From Euzebyales bacterium (GTDB lineage: Bacteria; Actinomycetota; Nitriliruptoria; Euzebyales; JAHELV01): DNA of 64,000 bases. Position numbers and translations under genes: made by a program. The notes below the pieces were generated by a model, which saw only the letters and a list, made by a program, of their open reading frames with translations, did no database searches and was not told the origin of the DNA. The stretch spans positions 2,271 to 66,270 of the forward strand of contig DATHVN010000157.1 of the NCBI GenBank assembly GCA_035461305.1, given 5' to 3'. Positions 40,076-50,342 of the stretch are shown piece after piece (the first letter of the stretch is position 1; each line of letters begins with the position of its first letter).

Positions 40076-42043
40076 TTAGCGGGCGAGTGCCTCGATGAAC
40101 AGGCGCTCGAGGTTCTTCAGCTCAGGCGACGACACCACGCGCCCGCCAACGAGCTCGCTGACCTCCGCGAGCTTGTCGAGGTCGGGCTGCACGCCATAGG
40201 CGATCGACACGACCTGGATCGGCTCCTGCGCACGGTGCAGCCGAGCGAGGCTGGAGAGCAGCCGCTCGTGGCTGATGCTGTCGGCGTCATCGTTGCGTCC
40301 GTCGGTCAGCAGAACGATGAGGTGGCGGCGGCCAGCGACGTAGTTGTTGCGCAGGCGCTGGTACGCGGCGAGCAGGGAGTCGTTGAGTGCCGTGTCCTTC
40401 TCGGAGTCGATGGCGTCGAGCTGCGCGGTCAGATCGTCCTTGTGGGATCGCCCGTCGCGCACCCGCGACAGCGGCGCGAGCTCGGCGAGCTCGCGGTAGT
40501 CACCACCGGCGCTGCCGCCCTCCAGCTCGGTCGAGAACTCCCACAGACCGACCTCGCTGCCGTTGGGGATGATGTCCAGGCTCTCCTTGGCCGCATCGAC
40601 GGTCGCCTGGAGCCGGGTCTGGCCTGTCAACGGCACGAGCTCCTGCATCGATCCGGAGACGTCGAGGAGGAACAGCGTCCTGCTGATGCGTGGGACCGTC
40701 AGCCACGACGAGCGGAGCTTGCGGAACGCCCCGACCTTCGGCAGCTCGCCCGGTGGCTCGGCGCCCACCTGGTCCATGGCCTGCATGCACTCCTCGTTGC
40801 GGAGGACCTTCCCGGGCTGGTTCTCGCGCGTGCGGAACCCCGCGTCGGTGAACATCTGGACGCCCGCGTCGCTCAGCAGATAGTCCTTGAACTCGTCGGC
40901 GAACTGCAGGACGTCGCTGCTCACCCACGACGTGTCCAGCAGCACGTACGGGTAGTCGGACTCCATGGCGACGTCGTTGCTGCCCTCGGGATACATCGCC
41001 ACCAGCTCCGGCCGGTCGCCGGCCTCGGGCGACGTCTCGGTGGGCCCCGGCGACGCCCCGGGCGACGGAGCACCCGTCTCGTTGAACCGCCAGACCTCCC
41101 GCTCCTCGAGCGGGGTCGCCGACAGCGCCCGCAGCGGCGCATCGGCCTGCGCGTAGCGCTCGAGCGTCTCCACCGAGCTCGTGTCAATGTTGGCCAGCGC
41201 CCGCTGCACCCGGAACAGGCTCAGCGGCGTTCCGGCCTCCACTGCGCCGTCGCCGGTTGCCGTGTCGAGGGCCAGCAGCGCCTGCAACCCCGTGGTCGTG
41301 TACCGCGGGTCGGTCAGCTCGAGGCGGAACTGCCCCCAGCCGGGCTCGCCGGCGTCGTCCCAGGTGTCCTCGGCGTCGGCGAGCCTGAAGAACTCATCCC
41401 ATGACAGGCGGCGTTCGGGCCAGCCGAGCTTCTGGGCCATCGGCAGCGGCATCGCCATGACCGTCGGGGACCGCGCAAGCACCGTCGGGTCCTCCGACAG
41501 CATCTCCGTGCTCTTCTCGTCGAGCTGCGCGCGGAGCAACTCGACCCACAGCGTGGACTGCGGGATCCACACATCGGGGCGCGGCCCGTGCGTGTCCTCC
41601 CGCCAGCCGTTCACCAGCCGTCCGACGACCGCAGAGGCCGTGACCGGCCGGACCTCGATGCGGATGCAGTCACGTCCCGAGGCGTGCAGGTCGGCGGTGT
41701 AGCGGTCCGCGAGCTCCTGCACGATCCGCACGACCGCCTCGTCGGCCGCCACGTCGAGGGTTTCCGCGTCCGCACCACACTCCTCGGCCATCTCGCTCGG
41801 ACCGGCGGCGGGCGCGGGCTCGTTGCGTGGCACGAACGTGGCGAGCGCCACCCCGATCCCCATGCCCACGGCGACGATCGCCACGGCGAGGCCGGCCTTC
41901 GGCCACACCCCTTCGAACCCTCGTGACTGCTGATCCTGTGATGACAAGTTACGCCCGCCGCTGAAGACGCCGTCGCGCACGATCACCCAACGGTACTGCG
42001 ACGCGTACGTCGTGCACGGACCGACCGCTGGACGCGCCACCAT
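40076..42043 (-). CDS. Substrate-binding plus von Willebrand factor A domain protein, membrane anchored
   Basis: TM GLAVAIVAVGMGIGVALATFV. MIDAS LFLLDVSGSM...TALNDS...IVLLTDGRND. The start is uncertain. Confidence 0.75.
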   Translation of the reverse strand: MVARPAVGPCTTYASQYRWVIVRDGVFSGGRNLSSQDQQSRGFEGVWPKAGLAVAIVAVGMGIGVALATFVPRNEPAPAAGPSEMAEECGADAETLDVAADEAVVRIVQELADRYTADLHASGRDCIRIEVRPVTASAVVGRLVNGWREDTHGPRPDVWIPQSTLWVELLRAQLDEKSTEMLSEDPTVLARSPTVMAMPLPMAQKLGWPERRLSWDEFFRLADAEDTWDDAGEPGWGQFRLELTDPRYTTTGLQALLALDTATGDGAVEAGTPLSLFRVQRALANIDTSSVETLERYAQADAPLRALSATPLEEREVWRFNETGAPSPGASPGPTETSPEAGDRPELVAMYPEGSNDVAMESDYPYVLLDTSWVSSDVLQFADEFKDYLLSDAGVQMFTDAGFRTRENQPGKVLRNEECMQAMDQVGAEPPGELPKVGAFRKLRSSWLTVPRISRTLFLLDVSGSMQELVPLTGQTRLQATVDAAKESLDIIPNGSEVGLWEFSTELEGGSAGGDYRELAELAPLSRVRDGRSHKDDLTAQLDAIDSEKDTALNDSLLAAYQRLRNNYVAGRRHLIVLLTDGRNDDADSISHERLLSSLARLHRAQEPIQVVSIAYGVQPDLDKLAEVSELVGGRVVSSPELKNLERLFIEALAR

Positions 42044-42152
42044 CGAGCCATCTCGCGAATGGTCCTTGACTCTACTGATCCGGCCGGCCGACGGCCAGCC
42101 GGCGGTGGACTGTCCCCGGCAGGATCGGCACGACGCTCTATCCTCGCCGTCC

Positions 42153-43433
42153 ATGGACCTCGCCCAGGATCTGCTGCGCTTCGTCGCGGCGGGCCCCTCG
42201 CCGTACCACGCCGTCGCCGAGATGGCCCGCCGCCTCGAGGCGGCCGGGTTCCAGCAGCTCCGCGAGGAGGACCTGTGGTCGCTGGCAGCCGGCGACCGCC
42301 GCTATGTCGTCCGTGACGGCGGCAGCATCATCGCCGTGCGCGTGGGCCGGCAGCCCTGCGCGGACGCCGGGCTGCGCCTGGTCGGCACCCACACCGACAG
42401 CCCGACGCTGAAGGTCCGGCCCACCGAGGACGTCCGGCGGCACGGTTACGCCCAGGTCGGTGTCGAGCCGTACGGCGGGCTGCTGGCCCACACCTGGCTC
42501 GACCGGGACCTCACCCTCGCGGGGCGCCTCGCCGTGCTCGACGGCGGCGCCCTCACCACCCGGTTGGTCCACCTCGAGCGGCCCGTGCTGCGAATCCCCT
42601 CCCTGGCGATCCACCTGTTCCGCGAACTGCGCGAGACGGGCCTCAAGCTCGACCCACAGCGTGACCTGGTGCCCGTGCTGGGCGCGTCCGACGCGCCGGC
42701 AGTGCGCAGTATCGTGGCCGAGGCGGCTGGCGTCGACGCCGCCATGGTGGTCGGCCACGATCTGGTGACGGCCGACACCCAGCCGCCCGCGCTCGGTGGC
42801 ATCGACGGCACGGCGATCCACGCCCCGCGGCTGGACAACCTCGCGTCGTGCCACGCGGCGCTGCACGCCCTGTGCATCGCCGAGGACGCCGACGCCACCC
42901 AGGTCGTGGTCGCCAACGACCACGAGGAGGTCGGCAGCGGCACCGCCGAGGGCGCGCGGGGGTCCTTCCTCGAGGACACGGTCACCCGGATCGTGACGCT
43001 CGTCGACGGCGACGACCCGCAGGCGCGTGCGAGAGCGCTGGCGCGGTCGCTGCTGGTGTCGGCGGACATGGCGCACGCCGTGCACCCGAACCACGCGGAC
43101 CGGCACGAGGCGCAGCACCGGCCCCGCCTTGGCGGTGGCCCGGTGCTCAAGCTCAACGCCAACCAGTCCTACGCCTCCGACGCGGGATCGATCGGCTGGC
43201 TGACCGCACGGGCCCGTGACGTCCGCGTGACCCTCCAGCACTTCGTCGTCCGCGCGGACCTGCCGTGCGGCTCGACGATCGGCCCGCTGACAGCGACACG
43301 GCTGGGGATCCAGACGGTCGACGTCGGCAACCCGACGCTGTCGATGCACTCCTGCCGCGAGCAGGCGAGCGCCATGGATGTCGCGCCGCTCGTGGGGTTG
43401 CTCGGCGCCCACCTGGCAGCGCCGGCCGGCTGA
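42153..43433 (+). CDS. M18-family aspartyl aminopeptidase
   Basis: Start MDLAQDLLRFVAAGPSPYHAV. GTHTDSP, DNLASCH, DHEEVGS and SADMAHAVHPN. Confidence 0.85.
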   Translation: MDLAQDLLRFVAAGPSPYHAVAEMARRLEAAGFQQLREEDLWSLAAGDRRYVVRDGGSIIAVRVGRQPCADAGLRLVGTHTDSPTLKVRPTEDVRRHGYAQVGVEPYGGLLAHTWLDRDLTLAGRLAVLDGGALTTRLVHLERPVLRIPSLAIHLFRELRETGLKLDPQRDLVPVLGASDAPAVRSIVAEAAGVDAAMVVGHDLVTADTQPPALGGIDGTAIHAPRLDNLASCHAALHALCIAEDADATQVVVANDHEEVGSGTAEGARGSFLEDTVTRIVTLVDGDDPQARARALARSLLVSADMAHAVHPNHADRHEAQHRPRLGGGPVLKLNANQSYASDAGSIGWLTARARDVRVTLQHFVVRADLPCGSTIGPLTATRLGIQTVDVGNPTLSMHSCREQASAMDVAPLVGLLGAHLAAPAG

Positions 43434-43571
43434 GCCACCGCGGCGCCGCGGTACGTAGGCGTCGCGACGGCCCGCGGAAGGGTACGGTGCAGCGGCCACC
43501 CGGCAGCCACCCCCGAAGCCTGCCGACACGCGCAGCGCGCGGGCCGCCCCGACGCCGAGAGGGACGAACCG

Positions 43572-44711
43572 GTGCAGTTCCGACGACAAGACGCCGCAGT
43601 CGACCAGGGCACGCTGCCGGCCGACGACGTCGAGACCACGGCCCGGGCACGGCCCGACAGCGTGCCGCGACCCCTGACCCAACGCCCGACGATCCGCCTC
43701 GGCGCCTACGCGTGGGCGGTGGTCGGCATCGTGGCCGTGGTAGTGCTCGTCATGCTCGTGATCGGCCAGCTGTCTATCGTGACCGCCCCGCTCGTGCTCG
43801 CGCTGTTCCCGGCCGCCGTCCTGAACCCGCTTGCCGTCCGGCTGAAGACCCGCGGCTTGCGCGACGCGCTGGTCGCGGCTCTGTTGGTCGTCGGCACGCT
43901 GCTCGTGATCAGCGCCACGTTCACCGTCCTGGTGCCGGTGGTGTCGGGTCAGATCGACGACCTCAGCGCCCAGTTCAACCAGGGCATCGAGGACCTGCGC
44001 ATGTTCCTCGCGCGTGGGCCGTTCGGGCTCGCGCCGATCGATCTCAACGACCTGATCGAACAGGCGCGCGAGCGGATCCAGTCGGCTGACATGTTCAGCT
44101 CGGGTGCCGTCACATCGGTGGCGGGGCAGGCCGGGCGGTTCCTCACCGGTCTGATCCTCTTCGTCATCGCACTGTTCTTCTACCTCAAGGACGGCCCGCT
44201 GCTCGCGGCCTGGCTGCGACGCCAGTTCCCGCACTCGTTGCGCGACGACGCCTCAGCGATCGGCGTCCAGGTGTGGACGACCATCGGGTCCTACTTCCGC
44301 GGTCAGCTGCTGGTGGCGTTGATCGACGCCATCGGCATCACGATCGGGCTGTTGATCCTGCGTGTGCCGCTCGCGCTGCCGATCGGCGTCCTCGTGCTGT
44401 TCGGCGGACTGTTCCCGCTCGTCGGTGCGTTCGTCAGCGGCTCGGTCGCCGTCATCGTCTCGTTGGCGACGCAGGGGCCTGTTACGGCGCTGATCGTGCT
44501 CGGCGTCGTCCTGGGTGTGCAACAGCTCGAAGGCAACCTGCTGCAACCCCTGATCCTGGGCCGCGCGACCCAGCTCCATCCGCTCGCCGTGGTGGGCTCG
44601 CTGATCGCGGGCGGTGCCCTGTTCGGCATCCTCGGCGCGTTCCTGGCAGTGCCGGTCGTCGCCAGCGCCTGGCGGACGATCGGCTATCTGCGCGCCCGCG
44701 TGCCGGGCTGA
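43572..44711 (+). CDS. AI-2E family transporter (PerM-like)
   Basis: 379 aa, multi-TM. The C-terminal LLQPLILGRATQLHPLAVVGSLIAGGALFGILGAFLAVP is typical of the family. Confidence 0.85.
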   Translation: MQFRRQDAAVDQGTLPADDVETTARARPDSVPRPLTQRPTIRLGAYAWAVVGIVAVVVLVMLVIGQLSIVTAPLVLALFPAAVLNPLAVRLKTRGLRDALVAALLVVGTLLVISATFTVLVPVVSGQIDDLSAQFNQGIEDLRMFLARGPFGLAPIDLNDLIEQARERIQSADMFSSGAVTSVAGQAGRFLTGLILFVIALFFYLKDGPLLAAWLRRQFPHSLRDDASAIGVQVWTTIGSYFRGQLLVALIDAIGITIGLLILRVPLALPIGVLVLFGGLFPLVGAFVSGSVAVIVSLATQGPVTALIVLGVVLGVQQLEGNLLQPLILGRATQLHPLAVVGSLIAGGALFGILGAFLAVPVVASAWRTIGYLRARVPG

Positions 44712-45239
44712 TCCGTGCCGGTGCGCGGCCGGGCCGACGTGTCGAGCAGCAGGGCGACGCTGGCAGACTCCACCGCGGTGCTCGAGCTCGTCGCTGTGCA
44801 CCACCGCGGTGCCCCGCCACGCGGTCGTGCAGCGCTCCGCGGTCGGGGTCGCGCCACAGCGTGATCATGCCGATCCCGAACAGCACGATGCCGGCGGTGC
44901 GCACGCATGTCCGCAGCACCGCCGCCCGGCGGGTCGGGAAGCCGCCGGCGGTGTCGCGCACCTCGATGGCGAGGATCCGACGTCCGGCCGTACTCCCCCA
45001 GCGGTTGATGCTGAGCGCGTCATAGGCCCCACCACCCCACCACGACGACGCCGGTCCACACCAGCGCGCGCGGCGCGGTCAACCGTGGCGTGGCGCCCAG
45101 CTCCCCGGTCTCGATGAGCAGGATCAATGCCGGCGACCCACGCCACCCAGAAGCCGCCGACGTCGATCAGGAACGCGGCCGCCCGCTCAGCGGGCTCGGC
45201 GACGGCGAACGACGTCCATCGCGCACGCCGGGTCAGCAC
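44684..45239 (-). pseudogene. RDD-family membrane protein broken by several frameshifts
   Basis: Segments lie in different frames: ERAAAFLIDVGGFWVAWV / LLIETGELGATPRL...VVVVGWWGL / YDALSINRWGSTAGRRILAIEVRDTAGG...ALHDRVAG / AVVHSDE. Confidence 0.55.
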
Positions 45240-45249
45240 GGTGCGGTGG

Positions 45250-45849
45250 TCACCCGTCGTCGCGCGCGAACCGCCATGCGGCGGGCAGCAGTGCGGCGGC
45301 CGCCGCGGCCTTGATCAGATCGCCCACGACGAACACACCGGCGCCGGCGATGAGCGCCTCGCGCAGCGGCATGCCGGTGACATGCATCAGCCACGGCACC
45401 CCGAACAGGTAGATCACGAGCGACCCGACCGCGAACGCCACGGCCGCACCTGGCACCCTGCGGTCCAGGCCGCGGCGCGCGAGTGCCCCGACGACCGCAC
45501 TGGCGGCGATGAAGCCGACCAGGTACCCGCCCGTCGCGCCGGTGAAGTAGGCCCAGCCCGACTCCCAGCCGGTGAACACGGGCAGGCCCGCGATGCCGAC
45601 GGCGACGTACAGCGCCTGCGCGAGGCTGCCGCGCAGCGGTCCCAGCCCTGCGGCACCGAGCAGGACGGCGAACGTCGAGCCGGTGATCGGCACCGGGGAG
45701 AGCGGCTCGATCGGGATGCGTACCTGTGCGGCGAGCGCGGTGAGCGCAGCGACCGCGACGACCAGTGCGACGTCCCGCACCAGGTCACCCGGCATGAGGT
45801 CGGCGAGCACCCTGCGGTGGCCCAGCGGCAGTGAGGCGGATGTCATCAC
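45250..45849 (-). CDS. bioY: Biotin transporter BioY
   Basis: VPITGSTFAVLLGAAGLGPLRG...TGGYLVGF...FVVGDLIKA. Confidence 0.9.
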   Translation of the reverse strand: MMTSASLPLGHRRVLADLMPGDLVRDVALVVAVAALTALAAQVRIPIEPLSPVPITGSTFAVLLGAAGLGPLRGSLAQALYVAVGIAGLPVFTGWESGWAYFTGATGGYLVGFIAASAVVGALARRGLDRRVPGAAVAFAVGSLVIYLFGVPWLMHVTGMPLREALIAGAGVFVVGDLIKAAAAAALLPAAWRFARDDG

Positions 45850-46088
45850 ACAGCTCCTTGATCGTCCCGCTGCGACTCGATCGTCACCAGCAGGTCTCCT
45901 TCGAGGACGGTGTCGCCGACCGCGACGCCCACGACGGCAACGCGTCCCGCGGCGGCCGCCAGCACGGGGATCTCCATCTTCATCGATTCCAGTACCACCA
46001 GCGCCTGGTCGGCCGTGACCACGTCACCAACCGCCACCTCGACACGGACGACGCTCGCGGCGATGTCGGCCGTGATGTCTCGGGTCAT
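45846..46088 (-). CDS. Biotin/lipoyl attachment (BCCP-like) protein
   Basis: 80 aa with the biotinylation motif LESMKMEIPV. There is a 4-bp overlap with bioY. Confidence 0.85.
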   Translation of the reverse strand: MTRDITADIAASVVRVEVAVGDVVTADQALVVLESMKMEIPVLAAAAGRVAVVGVAVGDTVLEGDLLVTIESQRDDQGAV

Positions 46089-46900
46089 GGGGCCGCCGTG
46101 GTGCCGCGACGCCAGCGGTCCAGTGCGGCCGCGAGGCGCGTCGTGACCGGCGCCTGTCGTGGCAGGTCGTGGTCGTCGAGGCGCGTCAGCGCGTGCACGG
46201 GGCGGACCGCTGAGCAGGTGAGCACCTCGTCGGCGGCCAGCACATCGTCGCGCGTGTAGTCCCCGGTGCGGCAGGTCACACCGGCCGCGACCGCCACCTC
46301 GAGGATGCTGCGTCGGCTGATCGAGTCGACCAGGCCCAGGTCGAGCGCGGGCGCGACCAGCTCACCGTCGCGCATCCACATGACGGTGAATGTCGGGCCC
46401 TCCAGCACCAGGCCCTCGAGTGATATCAGCAGCGCGTCGTCGCCACCGGCTCGTTGTGCCGCCCGGGAGGCCGCCATGTTGGGGCCATAGGACATCGTCT
46501 TGGCCGCCGCCGGCCCGTACGTCCCCAGCGGGCGGATCCACGGAGCCGGCTGGCACACCAGGTGGTCCAGCGTCGCACGGGCGGGCGGGTCGGCGAGCGC
46601 CACGATGCGCGTGCCGCTGCCTGTCACGAAGATCCGCAGCGCGCCGTCGCCCGTCTGGTCCTGGAGCACCTGAGCCAGGTCGCCGCGGATGGGGTCCACC
46701 GGTGCGGGGGGCAGCCCGATCGCGGCGAGCGTGCGGTCGAGCCGCTGCAGATGGTCGGCGACCCGGAATGGCCGGCCATCCCACACGCCGATGGTCTCGA
46801 ACCCGCCGTCACCCCGTGCGACGCCCGCGTCGGTGATCGGCAGCGCCGCCTGGTCCAACGGCGCGGCCACACCGTCGACGAGTGCGATCTGTGTGACCAT
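46085..46900 (-). CDS. Class IV aminotransferase / aminodeoxychorismate-lyase-like
   Basis: ATG 46900 with AGGAGAGG RBS. RGDGGFETIGV and LEGPTFTV segments. Confidence 0.7.
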   Translation of the reverse strand: MVTQIALVDGVAAPLDQAALPITDAGVARGDGGFETIGVWDGRPFRVADHLQRLDRTLAAIGLPPAPVDPIRGDLAQVLQDQTGDGALRIFVTGSGTRIVALADPPARATLDHLVCQPAPWIRPLGTYGPAAAKTMSYGPNMAASRAAQRAGGDDALLISLEGLVLEGPTFTVMWMRDGELVAPALDLGLVDSISRRSILEVAVAAGVTCRTGDYTRDDVLAADEVLTCSAVRPVHALTRLDDHDLPRQAPVTTRLAAALDRWRRGTTAAP

Positions 46901-47019
46901 CACCTCTCCTCGTACACGCCGCCCGCGGCGACCGCGGGAATCACGGCGTGGAGACGCCACGCGACACCAGCGGCCGACAGCCGACCGATGACCCTGCCGC
47001 AAGCCTAGAGCACGGACGA

Positions 47020-47838
47020 TCAGTCAGGCAGGGTGATGCCGCTGGCGCTGGTGGGGGGCTGGACGGGCCCCGCGGACGACTCGAAGCCCTCCCACCACAC
47101 GGCGCGCCGCGGGTGGAAGATCAGCCCGCCGTCGACGTGGCCGCGCAGCAGCACGCCGACCTTCGCCGACGGGCGTGGCTCGTGGTGGGCGTCGACCACG
47201 ATGCACGCTGGCGTCTGCTCGTCGGGGACCGCACCGACGCCGAGGTCGAGGGCGAAGCCGGCGTTCCAGACGGCCGGCTGGACGGTCAGGGCGTCACCAC
47301 GCTGCATCGCGAGGGTGACCCGACGCGTACCGGTGACGGCGCGTCGGACCCCGGCGGGCAGCTCGGACGGCAGAAGCGGCCCGACTCCGGTGCGACGCTG
47401 GGGAGCCAGCCGGCTGCGTGCCCGGTCGACGCGGACGCGGATGAGCACGCGGCTCTGCGGCATCCACCGCCCCGGCAGCTGCGGCACGTCAGAAACGTAG
47501 CCGACGAGTGCCGCGCGATGGGTGACCGCCATCGCGGCCAGTGCCGCCGAGATCGTCGGCGCGTGCAGCGCGAGCCCGATCGGATCGGACAGGTCGTAGA
47601 TGCGCCCGGTACCGTCGACCGCGACGCCAGGCAGGGCCGGGTCGCCGGACTCGATCCACAGGGCGCACCGCGGGTCGCGACGCAACGCGGCGACCTTGGC
47701 CGCCCGGCGTGAGGTCGTCATCCACAACCCGCCGCCGTCAGACCAGCAGGCCATCGGTGTCATCGACGGGCCGTCGGAGACCCGGTAGGCGACCAGGCAC
47801 CGGGTCGCCTGTGCGAGCAGCGTGTCGGAGGCAGCCAT
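47020..47838 (-). CDS. Pyridoxamine 5'-phosphate oxidase-fold family protein (tentative)
   Basis: 272-aa ORF with good codon bias. The N-terminal half resembles the PPOX split-barrel (LWMTTSRRAAKVAALRRDPRCAL). No firm motif. Confidence 0.4.
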   Translation of the reverse strand: MAASDTLLAQATRCLVAYRVSDGPSMTPMACWSDGGGLWMTTSRRAAKVAALRRDPRCALWIESGDPALPGVAVDGTGRIYDLSDPIGLALHAPTISAALAAMAVTHRAALVGYVSDVPQLPGRWMPQSRVLIRVRVDRARSRLAPQRRTGVGPLLPSELPAGVRRAVTGTRRVTLAMQRGDALTVQPAVWNAGFALDLGVGAVPDEQTPACIVVDAHHEPRPSAKVGVLLRGHVDGGLIFHPRRAVWWEGFESSAGPVQPPTSASGITLPD

Positions 47839-48001
47839 CGCGTCGCTTCCTGCCCAGCCCCTTCAGCAGCCATGCACGGAAGGCCCCGCCCACGCGGGGC
47901 GGCGTCATCCTGCGCACCCGTCGCGGGCCGTGCTCACCCCGACGTGGCACGATCGTACAGGCCAGGCCCGGCAGGGCCTCCCACCCACGCAGGAGCCGAC
48001 C

Positions 48002-48325
48002 ATGGCATTCGTCGCGATCAACGTACTGACCGTCCCCGCCGAGCGGCGCGAGGTGCTCGAGCAGCGCTTCGCACGCAGGGCCGGCGAGGTCGACCGCACG
48101 CCGGGCTTCCAGGCGTTCGAGCTGCTCCGGCCGGTCGAGGGCGAGGACCGGTACCTCGTCTACACGCGGTGGGACTCGCAGGAGGCCTTCACGGCGTGGA
48201 CCGAGTCGCAGGCGTTCGGCAGGGGGCACGCACAGCAGCGTGCCGACGGGCCGGCCGCCTCCGGTGGCGAGCTGTGGACGTTCGAGGTCGCCGAGCGCAG
48301 CGAGCGCCCGGCAGACCAGAGGTGA
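48002..48325 (+). CDS. ABM-domain monooxygenase, MhuD/IsdG-like
   Basis: MAFVAINVLTVPAERREVLEQRFARRAGEVDRTPGFQAFELLRPVEGEDRYLVYTRWDSQEAFTAW, with AGGAG RBS. Confidence 0.75.
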   Translation: MAFVAINVLTVPAERREVLEQRFARRAGEVDRTPGFQAFELLRPVEGEDRYLVYTRWDSQEAFTAWTESQAFGRGHAQQRADGPAASGGELWTFEVAERSERPADQR

Positions 48326-49101
48326 CGAGCGGTCACTGGGTCCTGCACCTCGACGCCGACCTCGACGAGGTCGAACGACACTGGGCCGAGCTGTCGGACG
48401 CGGGGATGGTCGGCGCGGCGGAGGTCGACGGCCGGGCGGCCGTGTACTTCACCGAGCGCCTCGAGGACCTGGCAGTGGCCGGCCGGTGGGAGCACCTCGC
48501 CGCCCGTGACTGGCAAGAGTGCTGGCGTGCAGGGCTGGCACCCGTGCGGGCAGGGAGGTGGACCCTCACGCCGTCCTGGCTGGCGACCGGTGCGGCGGAC
48601 GAGCTCGTGCTCGACCCGGGCCAGGCGTTCGGCACCGGCCATCACGAGACGACCGCCGTCTGCCTGGAGGCACTCGACGCGATCCCGCTGGAGGGCAGGA
48701 CCGTGCTCGACCTCGGGACCGGCAGCGGGGTGCTGGCCATCGCGGCGGCGCTGGCGGGCGCCACCGTCACCGCGGTCGACACCGACCCGCTCGCGGTCGA
48801 GGCTGCGACCGGCAACGCCGCGCGCAACGGAGCGCGGGTGACGGTCGCCCACGGCAGCGTCGGCGTGGTGGCCGGCCGCACGTTCGACGTCGTGGTCGCC
48901 AACCTCGACAGCGCCACGCTGGCCAGGTTGGCGCCGGCGCTGCGCGAGGTCCTGGCGTCCGACGGCACCCTGGTCGCCAGCGGGGTCGGCAATGAGCGGT
49001 CCCACGAGGTCCGCACGGCGCTCGAGCACGTCGGGCTGGAGGTGGTCGCGACTGCCGGCGACGAGTGGACGCTGCTGCGGGCCGTGCGGGCGGAGCTGTG
49101 A
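48322..49101 (+). CDS. prmA: Ribosomal protein L11 methyltransferase
   Basis: GTG 48322 overlaps the upstream stop (GTGA). DPGQAFGTGHHETT and VLDLGTGSGVLAIAAA. Confidence 0.7.
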   Translation: MTSGHWVLHLDADLDEVERHWAELSDAGMVGAAEVDGRAAVYFTERLEDLAVAGRWEHLAARDWQECWRAGLAPVRAGRWTLTPSWLATGAADELVLDPGQAFGTGHHETTAVCLEALDAIPLEGRTVLDLGTGSGVLAIAAALAGATVTAVDTDPLAVEAATGNAARNGARVTVAHGSVGVVAGRTFDVVVANLDSATLARLAPALREVLASDGTLVASGVGNERSHEVRTALEHVGLEVVATAGDEWTLLRAVRAEL

Positions 49102-50342
49102 GCACGGACGCCCGCTCGGACACCGCGGTCGAGGTGGTGCTCGACGGCTTCGCCCACGGCGGCGCCGCTGTCGGGCGACTTCCCGACGGACGGGCCTGCT
49201 TCGTCGACTACGGCGTCCCTGGCGAGCGGGTCACCGTCCGGATCACCGAGCAGCGACGGCGGTGGGCGCGGGGGACGGTCGTCGAGGTGCTCGACCCGTC
49301 GCCGGACCGGGTGGCGCCGCCGTGCCCGCTCTTCGGTCCCGACAAGTGCGGCGGGTGCAGCACGCAGCACATCGCGGTGCCGCGCCAGGCGGAGCTTCTG
49401 GGAACCGTGATCGCCGACCAACTGCGACGCATCGGCGGCCTCGAGCCGCCCGATGGGACCGTCGAGGTCATCACCCCCCACAGCCCGGACGGCCTCGGCT
49501 ACCGCAACCGCGCCCGGTTCGCGGTGACCGACGACGGGCGGCTGGGCTTTCGCCGGGCCCGCAGCCACGACCCGATCGCCGTGGACGACTGCCCGCTGCT
49601 CGTCCCCGCGGCACGATCCGCGCTGCGCGAGATGGCGCAGGGGTGGTACGGGGTGTCGGAGGTCAGGCTGCAGGCTGGCACCGCCGGGGACACCGCGCTG
49701 GCGGTCACGACGACCGGGCGTGACACGCGGGTGCCGTCACACCTGCCGGCAACGCTGCCGCGCCGGGACCGCAGAGCACGGCCGGACGACCGCGCCCGGG
49801 TCCGCCAGGACGTGGCCGGCCACACGTTCGTGGTGAGTGCGTCCAGCTTCTTCCAGGCCAGCACCGCGGCGGCCGAGGTGCTGGTCGGTCTCGTCCGCGA
49901 GCTCACGCCCGTCGCCGCGGGCAGCCACGTCGTGGACTGCTACGCGGGCGTCGGGCTGTTCTCGGTCGCGTTGGCGTCCGAAGGCGTCCGCGTCACGGCG
50001 ATCGAGTCGGACGTCGGCGCCTGCGCCGACGCCCGGATCAACGCCGCCGGCCTGCCGGTCGACGGCCACCGCGCCGACGTGGCGGCACCGCCAGCCGTCG
50101 ACGTCCCGATCGACGCGGTGGTGCTCGATCCACCGCGGACCGGCGCCGGGCGGGTGGTGACCGACTGGATCGCCGGACTCGCGCCGCATCGCGTGACCTA
50201 CGTGTCGTGCGATCCGGCGACGTTCGCACGCGACGCCCGGGCCCTGACCGACCACGGCATGAGCCTGGAGAAGCTGGTCGGAGTCGACCAGTTCACCCAC
50301 ACCGGCCGGGTGGAGCTGGTTGCAGGGTTCCGCACGCCGTGA
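49098..50342 (+). CDS. TRAM-domain class I SAM-dependent RNA (uracil-5)-methyltransferase (RlmD/TrmA family)
   Basis: GTG 49098 overlaps the prmA stop. Cys cluster CPLFGPDKCGGC. SAM motif VVDCYAGVGLFS. C-terminal YVSCDPATFARD. Confidence 0.8.
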   Translation: MSTDARSDTAVEVVLDGFAHGGAAVGRLPDGRACFVDYGVPGERVTVRITEQRRRWARGTVVEVLDPSPDRVAPPCPLFGPDKCGGCSTQHIAVPRQAELLGTVIADQLRRIGGLEPPDGTVEVITPHSPDGLGYRNRARFAVTDDGRLGFRRARSHDPIAVDDCPLLVPAARSALREMAQGWYGVSEVRLQAGTAGDTALAVTTTGRDTRVPSHLPATLPRRDRRARPDDRARVRQDVAGHTFVVSASSFFQASTAAAEVLVGLVRELTPVAAGSHVVDCYAGVGLFSVALASEGVRVTAIESDVGACADARINAAGLPVDGHRADVAAPPAVDVPIDAVVLDPPRTGAGRVVTDWIAGLAPHRVTYVSCDPATFARDARALTDHGMSLEKLVGVDQFTHTGRVELVAGFRTP

